64,000 nucleotides of DNA, taken from NCBI GenBank assembly GCA_050014195.1, contig JBEKDT010000014.1:64001-128000 (forward strand). The letters run 5' to 3'. Made by a program: the position numbers and the translations under genes. This DNA is from Desulfomonilia bacterium (GTDB taxonomy: Bacteria > Desulfobacterota > Desulfomonilia > UBA1062). The notes under the pieces were generated by a model that ran no database searches, was not told the DNA's origin, and saw nothing but the letters and a program-made list of their open reading frames with translations. This document shows, one piece after another, positions 50,992-60,465 of the stretch (the first letter of the stretch is position 1; every line of letters begins with the position of its first letter).

Positions 50992-52416
50992 ATGTCAAAG
51001 AAGATAACCATATCGCCGGTCACGAGGATAGAAGGACACGCCAAGGTCACCGTATACCTGAACGATGAAGGACAGGTGGACCGCACCTATTTCCACGTGG
51101 ATCAGTTCAGGGGGTTCGAGAAGTTCTCCGAAGGGAGGTACTTCCCGGAGATGCCCGTCATAACGCCGCGCATCTGCGGGATCTGCCCCATCAGCCACCA
51201 CCTGGGCGCAGCCAAGGCCTGCGACGAGATCCTGGACGTCAAGATACCCCGTCCTGCAAAGCTCCTGAGGGAACTCATCCATATGGGCCAGGTCATCCAG
51301 TCCCATGCCATGCACTTCTTCGAGCTGGCAGGGCCCGACATCATCCTCGGGTGGGACTCGGACCCGGCTCTGCGTAATGTCGTGGGCCTGGTCAAGGCCA
51401 ACCCCGAACTCGCGCTCAAGGCGGTGCGCCTGAGAAAATACGGACAGACCATCATAGAAGAGGTTGCAGGCCGGAGGATCCACCCCACCTTTGCCATCCC
51501 GGGGGGCGTGAACAACGGCTTATCAGTGGAGAAACGGGACAGGCTGCTCAAGGGCATCGATGACTACATATCGCACATCCAGGAAGGGGTTTCCATCATC
51601 CGTGATTTCATCATGTCCCACAAGGAGGAAAGCGATACCTTTGCCTCGTTCCCCTCCGGATACATGGGACTGGTCGGTAAAGACGGTGCCCTGGAGCTCT
51701 ATGACGGCGCCGTCAGGATGATGGACAAGGACGGACACGTCATCGATGAGTTCCCCGGCAAGTACTATCTGAGCCATATCGGCGAGATGGTGGATGACTG
51801 GACCTACCTCAAGCTCCCCTTCTTCAAACCCCTGGGCGACAAGGAAGGGTTCTACCGGGTGGGGCCGCTGGGTCGCCTCAATGTGGCTGAGAAGATCAGC
51901 ACCCCCAAGGCCCATGAGGAGTTCAAGCGGTTTAAGGCCATGAATGGCGGCAAACCCGTGGAGAGCTCGTTCTACTACCATTATGCGCGGCTCATCGAGG
52001 CCGTCTATGCCTTGGAACGGGCCCGGCAGATCCTGGAAGACCCGGACATCCTCTCCACCGACCTTCTGCATGAAGGACCGGTGCGCTGCGGAGAGGGGGT
52101 CGGCATCATCGAGGCCCCCAGGGGCACCCTGATACACCACTACTGGGTCAATGATGACGGCCAGATCACCAAGGCCAACCTCATCGTTGCATCGGGCCAC
52201 AACAACTGGGCCATGAGCAAGGCAGTGGATTGTATTGCGCGGGGCTACATCAAGGGCAATGACGTCCCCGAGGGCGTCCTGAACAGGATCGAGGGGGCCA
52301 TCAGGTGCTACGATCCCTGTCTGTCCTGCTCCACCCATGCAATCGGCAAGATGCCCATGGTGGTGGAGCTCTATGATCATGCAGGGAATCTCGTTGACGC
52401 CCGGAAGCGATCATAA
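50992..52416 (+). CDS. hoxH: [NiFe]-hydrogenase large subunit, HoxH-like (group 3d-like)
   Basis: TRIEGHAK, RICGICP, EAPRGTLIHHY, YDPCLSCSTH plus a cleavable C-terminal tail. Confidence 0.92.
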   Translation: MSKKITISPVTRIEGHAKVTVYLNDEGQVDRTYFHVDQFRGFEKFSEGRYFPEMPVITPRICGICPISHHLGAAKACDEILDVKIPRPAKLLRELIHMGQVIQSHAMHFFELAGPDIILGWDSDPALRNVVGLVKANPELALKAVRLRKYGQTIIEEVAGRRIHPTFAIPGGVNNGLSVEKRDRLLKGIDDYISHIQEGVSIIRDFIMSHKEESDTFASFPSGYMGLVGKDGALELYDGAVRMMDKDGHVIDEFPGKYYLSHIGEMVDDWTYLKLPFFKPLGDKEGFYRVGPLGRLNVAEKISTPKAHEEFKRFKAMNGGKPVESSFYYHYARLIEAVYALERARQILEDPDILSTDLLHEGPVRCGEGVGIIEAPRGTLIHHYWVNDDGQITKANLIVASGHNNWAMSKAVDCIARGYIKGNDVPEGVLNRIEGAIRCYDPCLSCSTHAIGKMPMVVELYDHAGNLVDARKRS

Positions 52417-52855
52417 GAAAAGGCTGGTTGTAGGCGTCGGCAACGAATATCGCAGGGACGACGGGATCGGGATACGCCTTGCCGAGCGTGCATCGCTGCC
52501 GGGTGCCGATGTGCTGACAGTAAGCGGCATATACCCGGAGTTGGCAGAAACACTCAGCGAATATGACATGGTCGTGTTCGTGGACGCGGCCGTTGAAGGA
52601 GACCCTGTCAAACTCAGCAGGATCTTCCCTGAAGAATCGAGTCTGCCCCTGTTCCACCAGATCACCTGCGGGGGTATCCTTGCACTGACCGAGGTGCTCT
52701 ACCATACCTGCCCCGAGGCCTGGCTCCTTGCCATAAGAGGCTATGACTTCGAGCACGGGGAAGGGCTATCGGAAAAGGCCCAGGAAAATCTTTCACAGGC
52801 CCTTAAGAGTCTGGAGGGATTATTAGCCATCCTCATGTCAAGAAAAAATGATTGA
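52394..52855 (+). CDS. hydrogenase maturation protease (start approximate)
   Basis: VVGVGNEYRRDDGIG, PELAE, VFVDA. Confidence 0.9.
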   Translation: MTPGSDHKKRLVVGVGNEYRRDDGIGIRLAERASLPGADVLTVSGIYPELAETLSEYDMVVFVDAAVEGDPVKLSRIFPEESSLPLFHQITCGGILALTEVLYHTCPEAWLLAIRGYDFEHGEGLSEKAQENLSQALKSLEGLLAILMSRKND

Positions 52856-52951
52856 GGCATCACGTTTCAGTGCATAATTCTGCATACCTACAATTTTGCG
52901 GTTTTCCAGCTTGACTGGACTTCTAGAAATTTCTATCATTTGACCGTTACA

Positions 52952-53003
52952 AAGGGATGGAGTTCCCCTGACAAACGCCCGGGCCGGGCTGATAACTCCT
53001 ACC
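52952..53003 (+). ncRNA. fluoride (crcB-motif) riboswitch
   Basis: AGGGATGGAGTTCCCCT...AAACGCCC...GGGCTGATAACTCCTAC fits the GATGGAGT...GCTGATGACTCCTAC consensus; about 60 nt upstream of the ATG. Confidence 0.88.
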
Positions 53004-53344
53004 ACGCGGCGGTAGAGTTGAAGCTGTGCGTCCGCATCATGGCCCAGGAGGTGTTTGTCTCATGACTTTCCACAGCATATTATTTGAAAGAACTGAAGAT
53101 AGCACAAAAAAAGAATCGCTTGAAGCGCCCGCCTTTTTTGTTGATTTGAATCTTGATCAGGTTATCGACACCATCACGGCCGGCAGGAAGGAATATAATT
53201 TAAAGCCGTTTTTTTACACTTCCCTGTCCGATATCGACACGATCAAGTATCGTCATGAAATAATGCAGGATCTGGAAAATAAAACGGAAGTATGTACTTT
53301 ACGCAATAATTGCTCTTTCATCCCCAATGCCTCCATCTGGTGCC

Positions 53345-53494
53345 TTACTTACTTTGGCCCTTTGATGGTTTTTTCTTTTTCAATGATTCCTTGACTGCGT
53401 CCTGCCAATCGCCATCAATTTTAAGTAATTTAGGTTTTGGACCAGGGGCCGTAATTTTGGCTCTACGCCTCTTTGTATGACAGATATCACTCAT
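53345..53494 (-). CDS. 49-aa basic passenger protein (below ORF-track cutoff)
   Basis: AAGGGAG RBS; [49 protein letters not shown]. Confidence 0.55.
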   Translation of the reverse strand: MSDICHTKRRRAKITAPGPKPKLLKIDGDWQDAVKESLKKKKPSKGQSK

Positions 53495-53672
53495 GCCGTA
53501 TGTTCTCCCTTATGTAACTGCTGGCATAATTACTATTGACAGTTACGGCAAAGGTTATTAAGCAGAAGACAACCATGATGGCATTTCTTATGGATCGGAT
53601 GGAATTTCCTTGTATTTCAATATCAATGGTGATACAGTAACGACAGGTCAAATAAATGGGAGGTGATGATTT

Positions 53673-54086
53673 ATGAGTTTCGAGATTTTCTCTCGCAAAG
53701 CAACATATCGTGGAGTCCCGTCTGTAACGTTTACGAAGACAGGCCGAATGGCATTTAATAAGGCCGCAACTGCTATCTTTGAAAAGAATGCAGTGGAGAA
53801 CGTCCTCCTGCTGTGGGATAAAGACAAACGACTTATTGGGGTGCGGCCCATAACTAAGAAGGATAACCGGGCTTATTTTGTGAGCGCTGGGACTAGAAAA
53901 AACGGGTGTGGATTCACAGCAATGACTTTTGTTAAGTACATTGGACTTGATATTTCGAGTTCTAGGGCTTTTCCTACCCGTTGGGATGAGCTGGAAGAAA
54001 TGTTTTTGATTGAAGTGCCGGAAGAATATCTTAATAAGGATGGTGTCCCATCGAAGGGAAAAAAGAAACCAACTGAGGGAGCCTAA
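53673..54086 (+). CDS. hypothetical passenger protein (137 aa)
   Basis: GGAGGTG RBS; globular-looking sequence inside the IS; no family recognised with confidence. Confidence 0.75.
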   Translation: MSFEIFSRKATYRGVPSVTFTKTGRMAFNKAATAIFEKNAVENVLLLWDKDKRLIGVRPITKKDNRAYFVSAGTRKNGCGFTAMTFVKYIGLDISSSRAFPTRWDELEEMFLIEVPEEYLNKDGVPSKGKKKPTEGA

Positions 54087-54161
54087 AAAATGTCTGCTGT
54101 AAAGACAGAAACCCCCTGATGCTGTAACATCAGGGGGCACATCAAAGAAAGGAGGAACGAC

Positions 54162-54251
54162 ATGTGCTGTAGGGTTCATCGTTCCACCAAGAGGATTGTG
54201 GTTACAATCCGTTTAAAATGGATTGAAATCACAATTGTCTTTCCTCCATAG
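54162..54251 (+). CDS. 29-aa mini-ORF
   Basis: AAAGGAGG RBS 6 nt before ATG; MCCRVHRSTKRIVVTIRLKWIEITIVFPP; flanked by perfect 10-bp hairpins. Confidence 0.55.
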   Translation: MCCRVHRSTKRIVVTIRLKWIEITIVFPP

Positions 54252-54314
54252 GGCCTAACGGCTCTTTGGGGAAGCATGCCGGAGAGCACTGCGCTCTCCG
54301 GCCTTTAACTACAA

Positions 54315-54413
54315 GCGGGCGTGGCGGAATTGGAAGACGCGCTGGCCTTGGATGCCAGTGGGTGCCTTGCTTAAGGGATAACACCCGTGCGGGATCGAAG
54401 CCCGTCGCCCGCA
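54315..54413 (+). tRNA. atypical tRNA-like gene: Leu-type class II body with TGG (Pro) anticodon
   Basis: Acceptor GCGGGCG/CGCCCGC plus A73; D-arm GCG-GAATTGGAAGA-CGC; anticodon arm CTGGC-CTTGGAT-GCCAG; 30-nt variable arm; T-arm GCGGG-ATCGAAG-CCCGT; no encoded CCA. Confidence 0.8.
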
Positions 54414-54459
54414 TCTTTATATATAAAGATAGCATCGTTTTATCATTTTGTCAAAAATT

Positions 54460-55446
54460 TCATATAACCTTTAAAGATGTATCTTTTGGAGACTTATACA
54501 TCAACCGTTTTCCCTCAGCTGAATGTATGGCTCTGATTACACGATCACCATCATTCAATGTACGATTATTCCAAATAAAGTCAAATTGCCAGAGATAACG
54601 ATGAAGATGTTCATGGCTGACATTATGGTAGATTCCAACTATCCCACGTTTTACAACTGCGAAGGATGATTCGGCTGTATTGGTATGAACATCTCCACGA
54701 ACATATTCATGCGTGGAATGACATACTTTATCATGACCGCCCATAAAGAAGGAACCAATTCCTCTGTATGCTTTATAATCATCTGTGATAATACGTGATC
54801 TAACATCTACTTCTTGTTTTATGGCTGAATGTAATGTTTCTCCTGTAACGTCTGCTACGACACGACGTCTAATATGACCATTTCTTTCGACGGCTGCAAA
54901 TACAGGAGTTTTGCTTGTCCCGCGACCTCGTTTATGTATCTTCCCATCTCCATAACGAGGCTTACCACCTATATAGGTTTCATCACATTCGACTATTCCA
55001 TTAAGTTTTTCTGTATTAGAATCTGGTGCCATTGCATAACGGATTCTATTCATCAGAAACAATGCCGACTTGTAACTAATCTGACAATGTCGCTTAATTT
55101 CCAATGCTGCTACACCTTTCTTTGAGGTTGAGGCTCTCCAAAATGCATAACACCAATGGCGAAGATCAATCCGCGATTCTTGATATACTGTTCCAATTCT
55201 GACAGTATATTGATTGTTACAATCCCGACAACGCCACAAAAAACGCTTATTCCGCATCCCAGTTTTAGAATCACTCATTTTGTATACTTGTGTACTTCCA
55301 CAATGAACACAGGTCGGCTTATCTCCCCATCTCTGCTTTTCAAAGAACTCAACGGCTGCTAGTTCATCGCAACAAGCTAATGGCATATCTTCAATAATGT
55401 CAGATTTTGCTAAATTCGAATGGTCGATTTTTTTATTTTTCTTCAT
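54460..55446 (-). CDS. IS1595-family DDE transposase
   Basis: Zn ribbon CVHCGS...CRDC, SKKGVAALEI HTH region, VECDETYIGG, ITDD, HTNTAES, YHNVS...HLHRYL; frame intact. Confidence 0.95.
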   Translation of the reverse strand: MKKNKKIDHSNLAKSDIIEDMPLACCDELAAVEFFEKQRWGDKPTCVHCGSTQVYKMSDSKTGMRNKRFLWRCRDCNNQYTVRIGTVYQESRIDLRHWCYAFWRASTSKKGVAALEIKRHCQISYKSALFLMNRIRYAMAPDSNTEKLNGIVECDETYIGGKPRYGDGKIHKRGRGTSKTPVFAAVERNGHIRRRVVADVTGETLHSAIKQEVDVRSRIITDDYKAYRGIGSFFMGGHDKVCHSTHEYVRGDVHTNTAESSFAVVKRGIVGIYHNVSHEHLHRYLWQFDFIWNNRTLNDGDRVIRAIHSAEGKRLMYKSPKDTSLKVI

Positions 55447-55454
55447 ATATTAAT

Positions 55455-55482
55455 ATTATACTTAACGCAAAGCATTTGTCAA
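55455..55482 (-). promoter_or_regulatory. sigma70 promoter of the transposase
   Basis: TTGACA-N16-TATAAT; ATG only 8 nt past the -10 box, no RBS. Confidence 0.75.
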
Positions 55483-56845
55483 GGGGCAAATGATATTTTT
55501 TAGCGTTTGCGTAAAGTACATACTTCCGAAATAAAATTCTCTTTGAGAATATAAAAACATTTGCACAAGAAATGCGCGCAATGCGACAGCATCTTGCCCT
55601 GGTGGAAGAGCTTCACTACAAATACCACAAGGAAGGATGGTTTTTAGAAACAATAGATATTTATTGTGAAGCCGTTCATCGCCTGGTACACGAGTTAACC
55701 CTTGCAGATTTAAAATCGCGCGGCTTTTTAGCCTTCCGGGAGTATATAACGAACTATGCCAGATCCGACCATTTTATGTCCCTTTTAGCTGAAACGAAAA
55801 AGCTTAAAGCCGATTTATCCGCCGTAAAGTATTGCCTGCTCATAAAGGATAACAGCATCAAGGTTTGCACATATGAATCCGGAATTGATTACAGTGCAGA
55901 TGTGGAGCAGACATTCGAGAGATTCAAACAGGGAGCGGTGAAAGATTACCGGGTCAAATTTTCCACCGGGCCTGAAATGAACCATGTTGAAGAGAGAATA
56001 CTGGATCAGGTAGCCCGATTGTATCCCAATATATTTTTAAGTCTCGATGATTATTACGCGAGGAACGGCAATTTTCCAGATGAAACGATAGCCGTTTTCG
56101 ACCGGGAGATACAATTTTACATCGCCTATCTGGAGCATATCGCACAATTCAAGCGAGTGGGATTAAAATTTTGTTATCCGAAAATTTCTACCCAGTACAA
56201 GGAAGTGTATGATTATGAAGGATTTGATTTAGCACTGGCCAATAAACTCATGAGTGAGAACTCATCCATTGTCTGCAATGATTTCTACCTGAAAGACAAG
56301 GAACGCATATTTGTAATATCCGGTCCGAATCAGGGAGGGAAAACAACCTTCGCCCGCACCTTCGGACAGTTGCATTATCTGGCTACCATAGGTTGTCTCG
56401 TCCCAGGCAGAGAAGCACAACTCTTTTTGTTCGACAGGCTCTTTACCCATTTTGAAAAGGAGGAACACATCGAGAATCTCCGTGGTAAACTGCAGGATGA
56501 CCTCGTCAGAATCCACAAGATTCTCAATCAGGCCACATCAAACAGTATTATCATAATGAATGAAATTTTCACTTCCACAACACTAAAAGACGCTATTCTC
56601 CTGGGTAAGAGGATAATGGAAAAAATAATACAATTGGATTTGCTGTGCGTTTGCGTGACATTTATAGATGAACTGGCTTCTTTAAGTGAAAAAACCGTAA
56701 GCATGGTCAGCACGGTAGTTCCCGAAAATCCGACATTGCGAACATATAAAATAGTAAGAAGGCCTGCCGACGGACTTTCATACGCGATATCAATCGCCGA
56801 AAAGTATCGACTTACCTACGATTGTTTGAAGGAGCGGATAAAATC

Positions 56846-58417
56846 ATGAAGGCTTTCCTCATGTATAAGGATCGTGATTTTGATCTCCAGCAGGAGTTGC
56901 CATGGAATGAACAAGCATTGACACAAGACCTGGAATTAAACACACTGTTTTCTGCCATGGCCCTCGGCAACACATTTTTGTTTGAAGTGGCAAAGAACGC
57001 TGTTTTGACCGGTTTCCATAATGATCCGGACACAATACGATATCGCCAAGATATTCTAAAAGATTGTCTGAAGAACTCTTCCATTGTGAGGGATATCTAC
57101 GACATTGCTGTGGAAGCAATCGAAAGCAAGAGAAAACATTGGTATGGCATATTCAGACATGATTCTCCCACCTCGATACTGCATACTTCATTAGAAAAAA
57201 TGCAGACATTTGTGGGCCTGCTTAAAAAAATAAAGAATATTGCTGATGAACACGCCGATAAATTCGAGTCGGAAGGCTTTAGGGCGTTCTTCGCGATGTT
57301 CGAAAAAGAACTTGGCGATGAATATTTTGCAGGCGTTCAACATCATCTAAGGGCGCTCAAATTCCGCAAAGGAGTTTTGATCAGTGCTGAATTGGGAACA
57401 GGCAACAAAGGTACCAATTACATACTTCATGAAACACACGAAAAAAAGCAGAGTTGGATGGAGTGGATCTTTGCCGGAATACAGAGTTGGATGGAGCAGA
57501 TCTTTGCCAAAAAAACGACCGGTTACACCTTTTATATCAGTGAACGTGATGAAAGCGGCTTCAGGGCCTTGGCAGGATTAAGAGACAGGGGGATCAACCA
57601 CGCAGCCAATGCTCTCGCCCAATCTGGTGATCATGTTCTTAATTTCTTTATCATGTTGCGGACCGAATTGGCTTTTTACGTTGGTTGTCTGAATTTACAC
57701 GGGCACCTTGCCAAAAAAGGGGAGCCCATATCTTTCCCTCTGCCCGCGGCTCCCGGCGAACGCAGACATTCTTTTCATGGATTATACGATGTCTGTCTGG
57801 CTTTAAACCTGGAACAAAGGATTGTGGGCAACGATGTGAATGCCGACAATAAAAACCTCGTGATAATCACAGGCGCCAACCAGGGCGGCAAATCAACTTT
57901 TTTGCGAAGCATAGGTTTATCCCAATTGATGATGCAATGCGGCATGTTTGTGCCGGCTGAGTCTTTCTGTTCCAATGTCTGTGACGGTATTTTCACACAC
58001 TACAAAAGGAAAGAAGACGTTACCATGAATAGCGGGAAACTTGATGAAGAACTCGGTAGAATGAGCGCTATCGTAGACAACATAACGGCAAATCCCATGA
58101 TACTGTTAAATGAATCATTTGCCGCGACAAACGAAAGAGAAGGCTCGGAGATTTCAAGGCAGATAATGTGTGCATTATTGGAAAGGCACATCAAGATTTT
58201 CTTCGTTACTCATGTATATACATTTGCGCATGGTTTTTATGACAAAAAAATGGAAAACGCCATTTTCTTGCGGGCTGAAAGGCAAAGCGACGGAGGACGA
58301 ACTTTTAAAGTAATTGAAGGCGAACCATTGCAAACCAGCTATGGCGAAGATTTGTATAACGGGATATTCGAAACCGACGCAAGCACTAAGGTGCGGGAGG
58401 CGCTGGACAGTGAATGA
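56846..58417 (+). CDS. second MutS-related ATPase (domain V type)
   Basis: ATGA overlap with upstream gene; [40 protein letters not shown]. Confidence 0.9.
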   Translation: MKAFLMYKDRDFDLQQELPWNEQALTQDLELNTLFSAMALGNTFLFEVAKNAVLTGFHNDPDTIRYRQDILKDCLKNSSIVRDIYDIAVEAIESKRKHWYGIFRHDSPTSILHTSLEKMQTFVGLLKKIKNIADEHADKFESEGFRAFFAMFEKELGDEYFAGVQHHLRALKFRKGVLISAELGTGNKGTNYILHETHEKKQSWMEWIFAGIQSWMEQIFAKKTTGYTFYISERDESGFRALAGLRDRGINHAANALAQSGDHVLNFFIMLRTELAFYVGCLNLHGHLAKKGEPISFPLPAAPGERRHSFHGLYDVCLALNLEQRIVGNDVNADNKNLVIITGANQGGKSTFLRSIGLSQLMMQCGMFVPAESFCSNVCDGIFTHYKRKEDVTMNSGKLDEELGRMSAIVDNITANPMILLNESFAATNEREGSEISRQIMCALLERHIKIFFVTHVYTFAHGFYDKKMENAIFLRAERQSDGGRTFKVIEGEPLQTSYGEDLYNGIFETDASTKVREALDSE

Positions 58418-58604
58418 GGAAAGGTATCTTTTTATTCAGTTCATTTAATCGTCCAATATACTTTTTCAAATACTGTCCGGTATACGAGTGTTCGACGTGC
58501 ACGATTTGGTCAGGGCTGCCCTTGGCAACAAGAAAGCCACCTTGATCTCCACCCTCGGGACCAAGATCAATAATATGATCTGCGGACCTGATGATATCCA
58601 TCAT
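58386..58604 (-). pseudogene. uvrA C-terminal fragment
   Basis: [22 protein letters not shown]...GSPDQI...SYTGQYLKK is the UvrA C-terminus; the rest of the gene is absent. Confidence 0.85.
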
Positions 58605-58648
58605 CTAAGTCGGCATGATAATGACTCCTCAGGTTTGGGTACTATTCG

Positions 58649-59938
58649 TTATTTCTTCACGCTGTACAGAACGTCCTTACCCCTGAATACTGCACTTTCC
58701 CCTAATTCTTCTTCGATGCGCACGAGCTGGTTGTATTTGGCAAGGCGCTCGCTCCGGGAGGTTGACCCTGATTTGATTTGTCCGGTACAGAGACCGACTG
58801 CAAGGTCGGCAAGCCATGGGTCCTCGGTCTCACCCGAGCGATGGGATATGACCGTGGTGAACCCGGCCCTCTTGGCGGTTTCAATAGTTTGCATTGTCTC
58901 AGTGATCGTTCCTATCTGGTTTACCTTGATGAGTATGGAGTTGGCACAACCCTCCTCAATGCCGCGTTTCAGGTACTTCATATTGGTTACGAAGATGTCG
59001 TCGCCCACGATCTGTACTTTATTGCCAAGGCGTTTCATGAGGAGTTGCCAACCGTTCCAGTCATTTTCCGCGAGGCCGTCTTCTATGGAAACGATAGGGT
59101 ACTTCTTGACCAGCTCCTCATAAAAGTCGATCATCTCTTCAGAAGTCCTCTCGGGATCTTTTTCAGAGGCCAGGATGTATTTGCCGTCCTTATAGAACGA
59201 GCTTGCTGCAGGATCGATGGCAATTGCTATATCCTTACCCGGTTTATAGCCTGCCTTGCTGATGGCTTCCACGATGAGATCAAAGGGCTGGGTGTTATTC
59301 TTCAGATTCGGGGCGAAGCCACCCTCATCACCTACCCCTGTGCTGTAGTCATTTTTCTGGAGGATATCCCGCAGGGCATGGAACGTCTCGGCTGCGTAGC
59401 GCAGGGCTTCTCTGAAATTCGGTGCGCCGATGGGTGTGACCATGAACTCCTGGAGGTCTACATTGTTGTCTGCGTGCTTGCCCCCGTTGATGATGTTCAT
59501 CTGCGGAACCGGAAGCTCCCGGGCAAGGGCGCCGCCCAGATATCGATAGAGAGGGACACCAATGAAATTAGCAGCTGCCCTGGCTGAGGCTATGGAAACA
59601 CCTGTTGTGAGGTTGGCGCCGAGAACGGACTTGTTTTCCGTTCCGTCCAGTTCGATAAGCATGGAGTCAATGCCCGCCAGGTCCAGCACATCCATGCCGA
59701 CAAGCTTGGGTGTCACGATCTTGGTCACGTTCTCCACAGCCTTGAGTACGCCTTTGCCCCGGTATCTCTTCTTATCTTCGTCCCTCAGCTCTACGGCCTC
59801 GCTTTCCCCCTTTGATGCACCAGAAGGAACCGATGCCCTACCCATTTCACCTGTTGAAAGGTGAATGTCTATCTCAATGGTCGGATTACCCCGTGAATCT
59901 AAAATTTCCCTTGCAGCGACAGTAACAATCTTACTCAT
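58649..59938 (-). CDS. eno: enolase
   Basis: [54 protein letters not shown]. Confidence 0.98.
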   Translation of the reverse strand: MSKIVTVAAREILDSRGNPTIEIDIHLSTGEMGRASVPSGASKGESEAVELRDEDKKRYRGKGVLKAVENVTKIVTPKLVGMDVLDLAGIDSMLIELDGTENKSVLGANLTTGVSIASARAAANFIGVPLYRYLGGALARELPVPQMNIINGGKHADNNVDLQEFMVTPIGAPNFREALRYAAETFHALRDILQKNDYSTGVGDEGGFAPNLKNNTQPFDLIVEAISKAGYKPGKDIAIAIDPAASSFYKDGKYILASEKDPERTSEEMIDFYEELVKKYPIVSIEDGLAENDWNGWQLLMKRLGNKVQIVGDDIFVTNMKYLKRGIEEGCANSILIKVNQIGTITETMQTIETAKRAGFTTVISHRSGETEDPWLADLAVGLCTGQIKSGSTSRSERLAKYNQLVRIEEELGESAVFRGKDVLYSVKK

Positions 59939-60003
59939 ATAATCCCCCTCGGTTCTCTTTGATTGTAAATCTCATACTCCATAGTCTGATGGTGGTCGTC
60001 TCG

Positions 60004-60465
60004 TCATTCAACCTTGCTGAAATCGGTCTTGAGGAGGAGCCTCATGGCATCCCGCATCTGCTCTTTTTGCCTGAGAAGGGCCAGGTCTTGGGGAGATTCC
60101 TGGAATTTTTCCAATGCATGGAAAAAGCGATCGAGGATATCGTCCTTGTAGGTCGGAATCAAAAAGATATGGGTGTGGGGTATCCGCCGCCCACGGGCAT
60201 ACATAAAGATAAAATCCGATGAGAAAGCCTTCATCATCTTGTTGGCAATTGTTCTTGCCGCTTTGAATACGTTCTCGGTCTCTTCCACGGTCATCTCATG
60301 CCACCAGGTCACATGCCTCTTGGGGATGACCAGGCAGTGGCCTCTGGTATAAGGATGTATGTCAAGTATGCATATGGAGGTATCATCTTCGTAGACCGGA
60401 TATGCCAATTCCTTTCCGGCAACGATATCGCAGAATATGCACGGTGCCTTATCCTCTTGAGTCAT
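60004..60465 (-). CDS. HIT-family protein with incomplete histidine triad
   Basis: CIFCDIV, LDIHP...GHCLVIPKRH, IPHTHIFLIP. Confidence 0.88.
   Translation of the reverse strand: MTQEDKAPCIFCDIVAGKELAYPVYEDDTSICILDIHPYTRGHCLVIPKRHVTWWHEMTVEETENVFKAARTIANKMMKAFSSDFIFMYARGRRIPHTHIFLIPTYKDDILDRFFHALEKFQESPQDLALLRQKEQMRDAMRLLLKTDFSKVE

Larger units (their letters stand above)
53285..55528. mobile_element. IS1595-family element with passenger genes, 2244 bp
   Basis: Perfect 22-bp TIR CGGAAGTATGTACTTTACGCAA (53285-53306; 55507-55528); 8-bp TSD AAATAAAA (53277-53284; 55529-55536). Confidence 0.96.
53062..56849 (+). pseudogene. MutS-related ATPase (domain V type) interrupted by an IS1595 element; 511 aa when reconstructed
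   Basis: 53062-53284 joins in frame with 55537-56849 (QDLENK-ILFENIKTFAQEMRAM); Walker A SGPNQGGKTT, MNEIFTST. Confidence 0.9.

Noticed and set aside
53487-54179. 230-aa minus-strand ORF in the IS
   Set aside because: Antisense to the 137-aa ORF that has a strong RBS; composition looks non-coding.
54315-54413. tRNA as an integration site or ordinary host tRNA-Pro
   Set aside because: It lies wholly between the IS TIRs, no integrase or duplicated 3' end is visible, and it lacks tRNA-Pro identity elements.
54266-54598. 110-aa ORF (and antisense 54229-54435) over the tRNA-like region
   Set aside because: No convincing RBS; overlaps the cloverleaf and the transposase end, so likely shadow ORFs.
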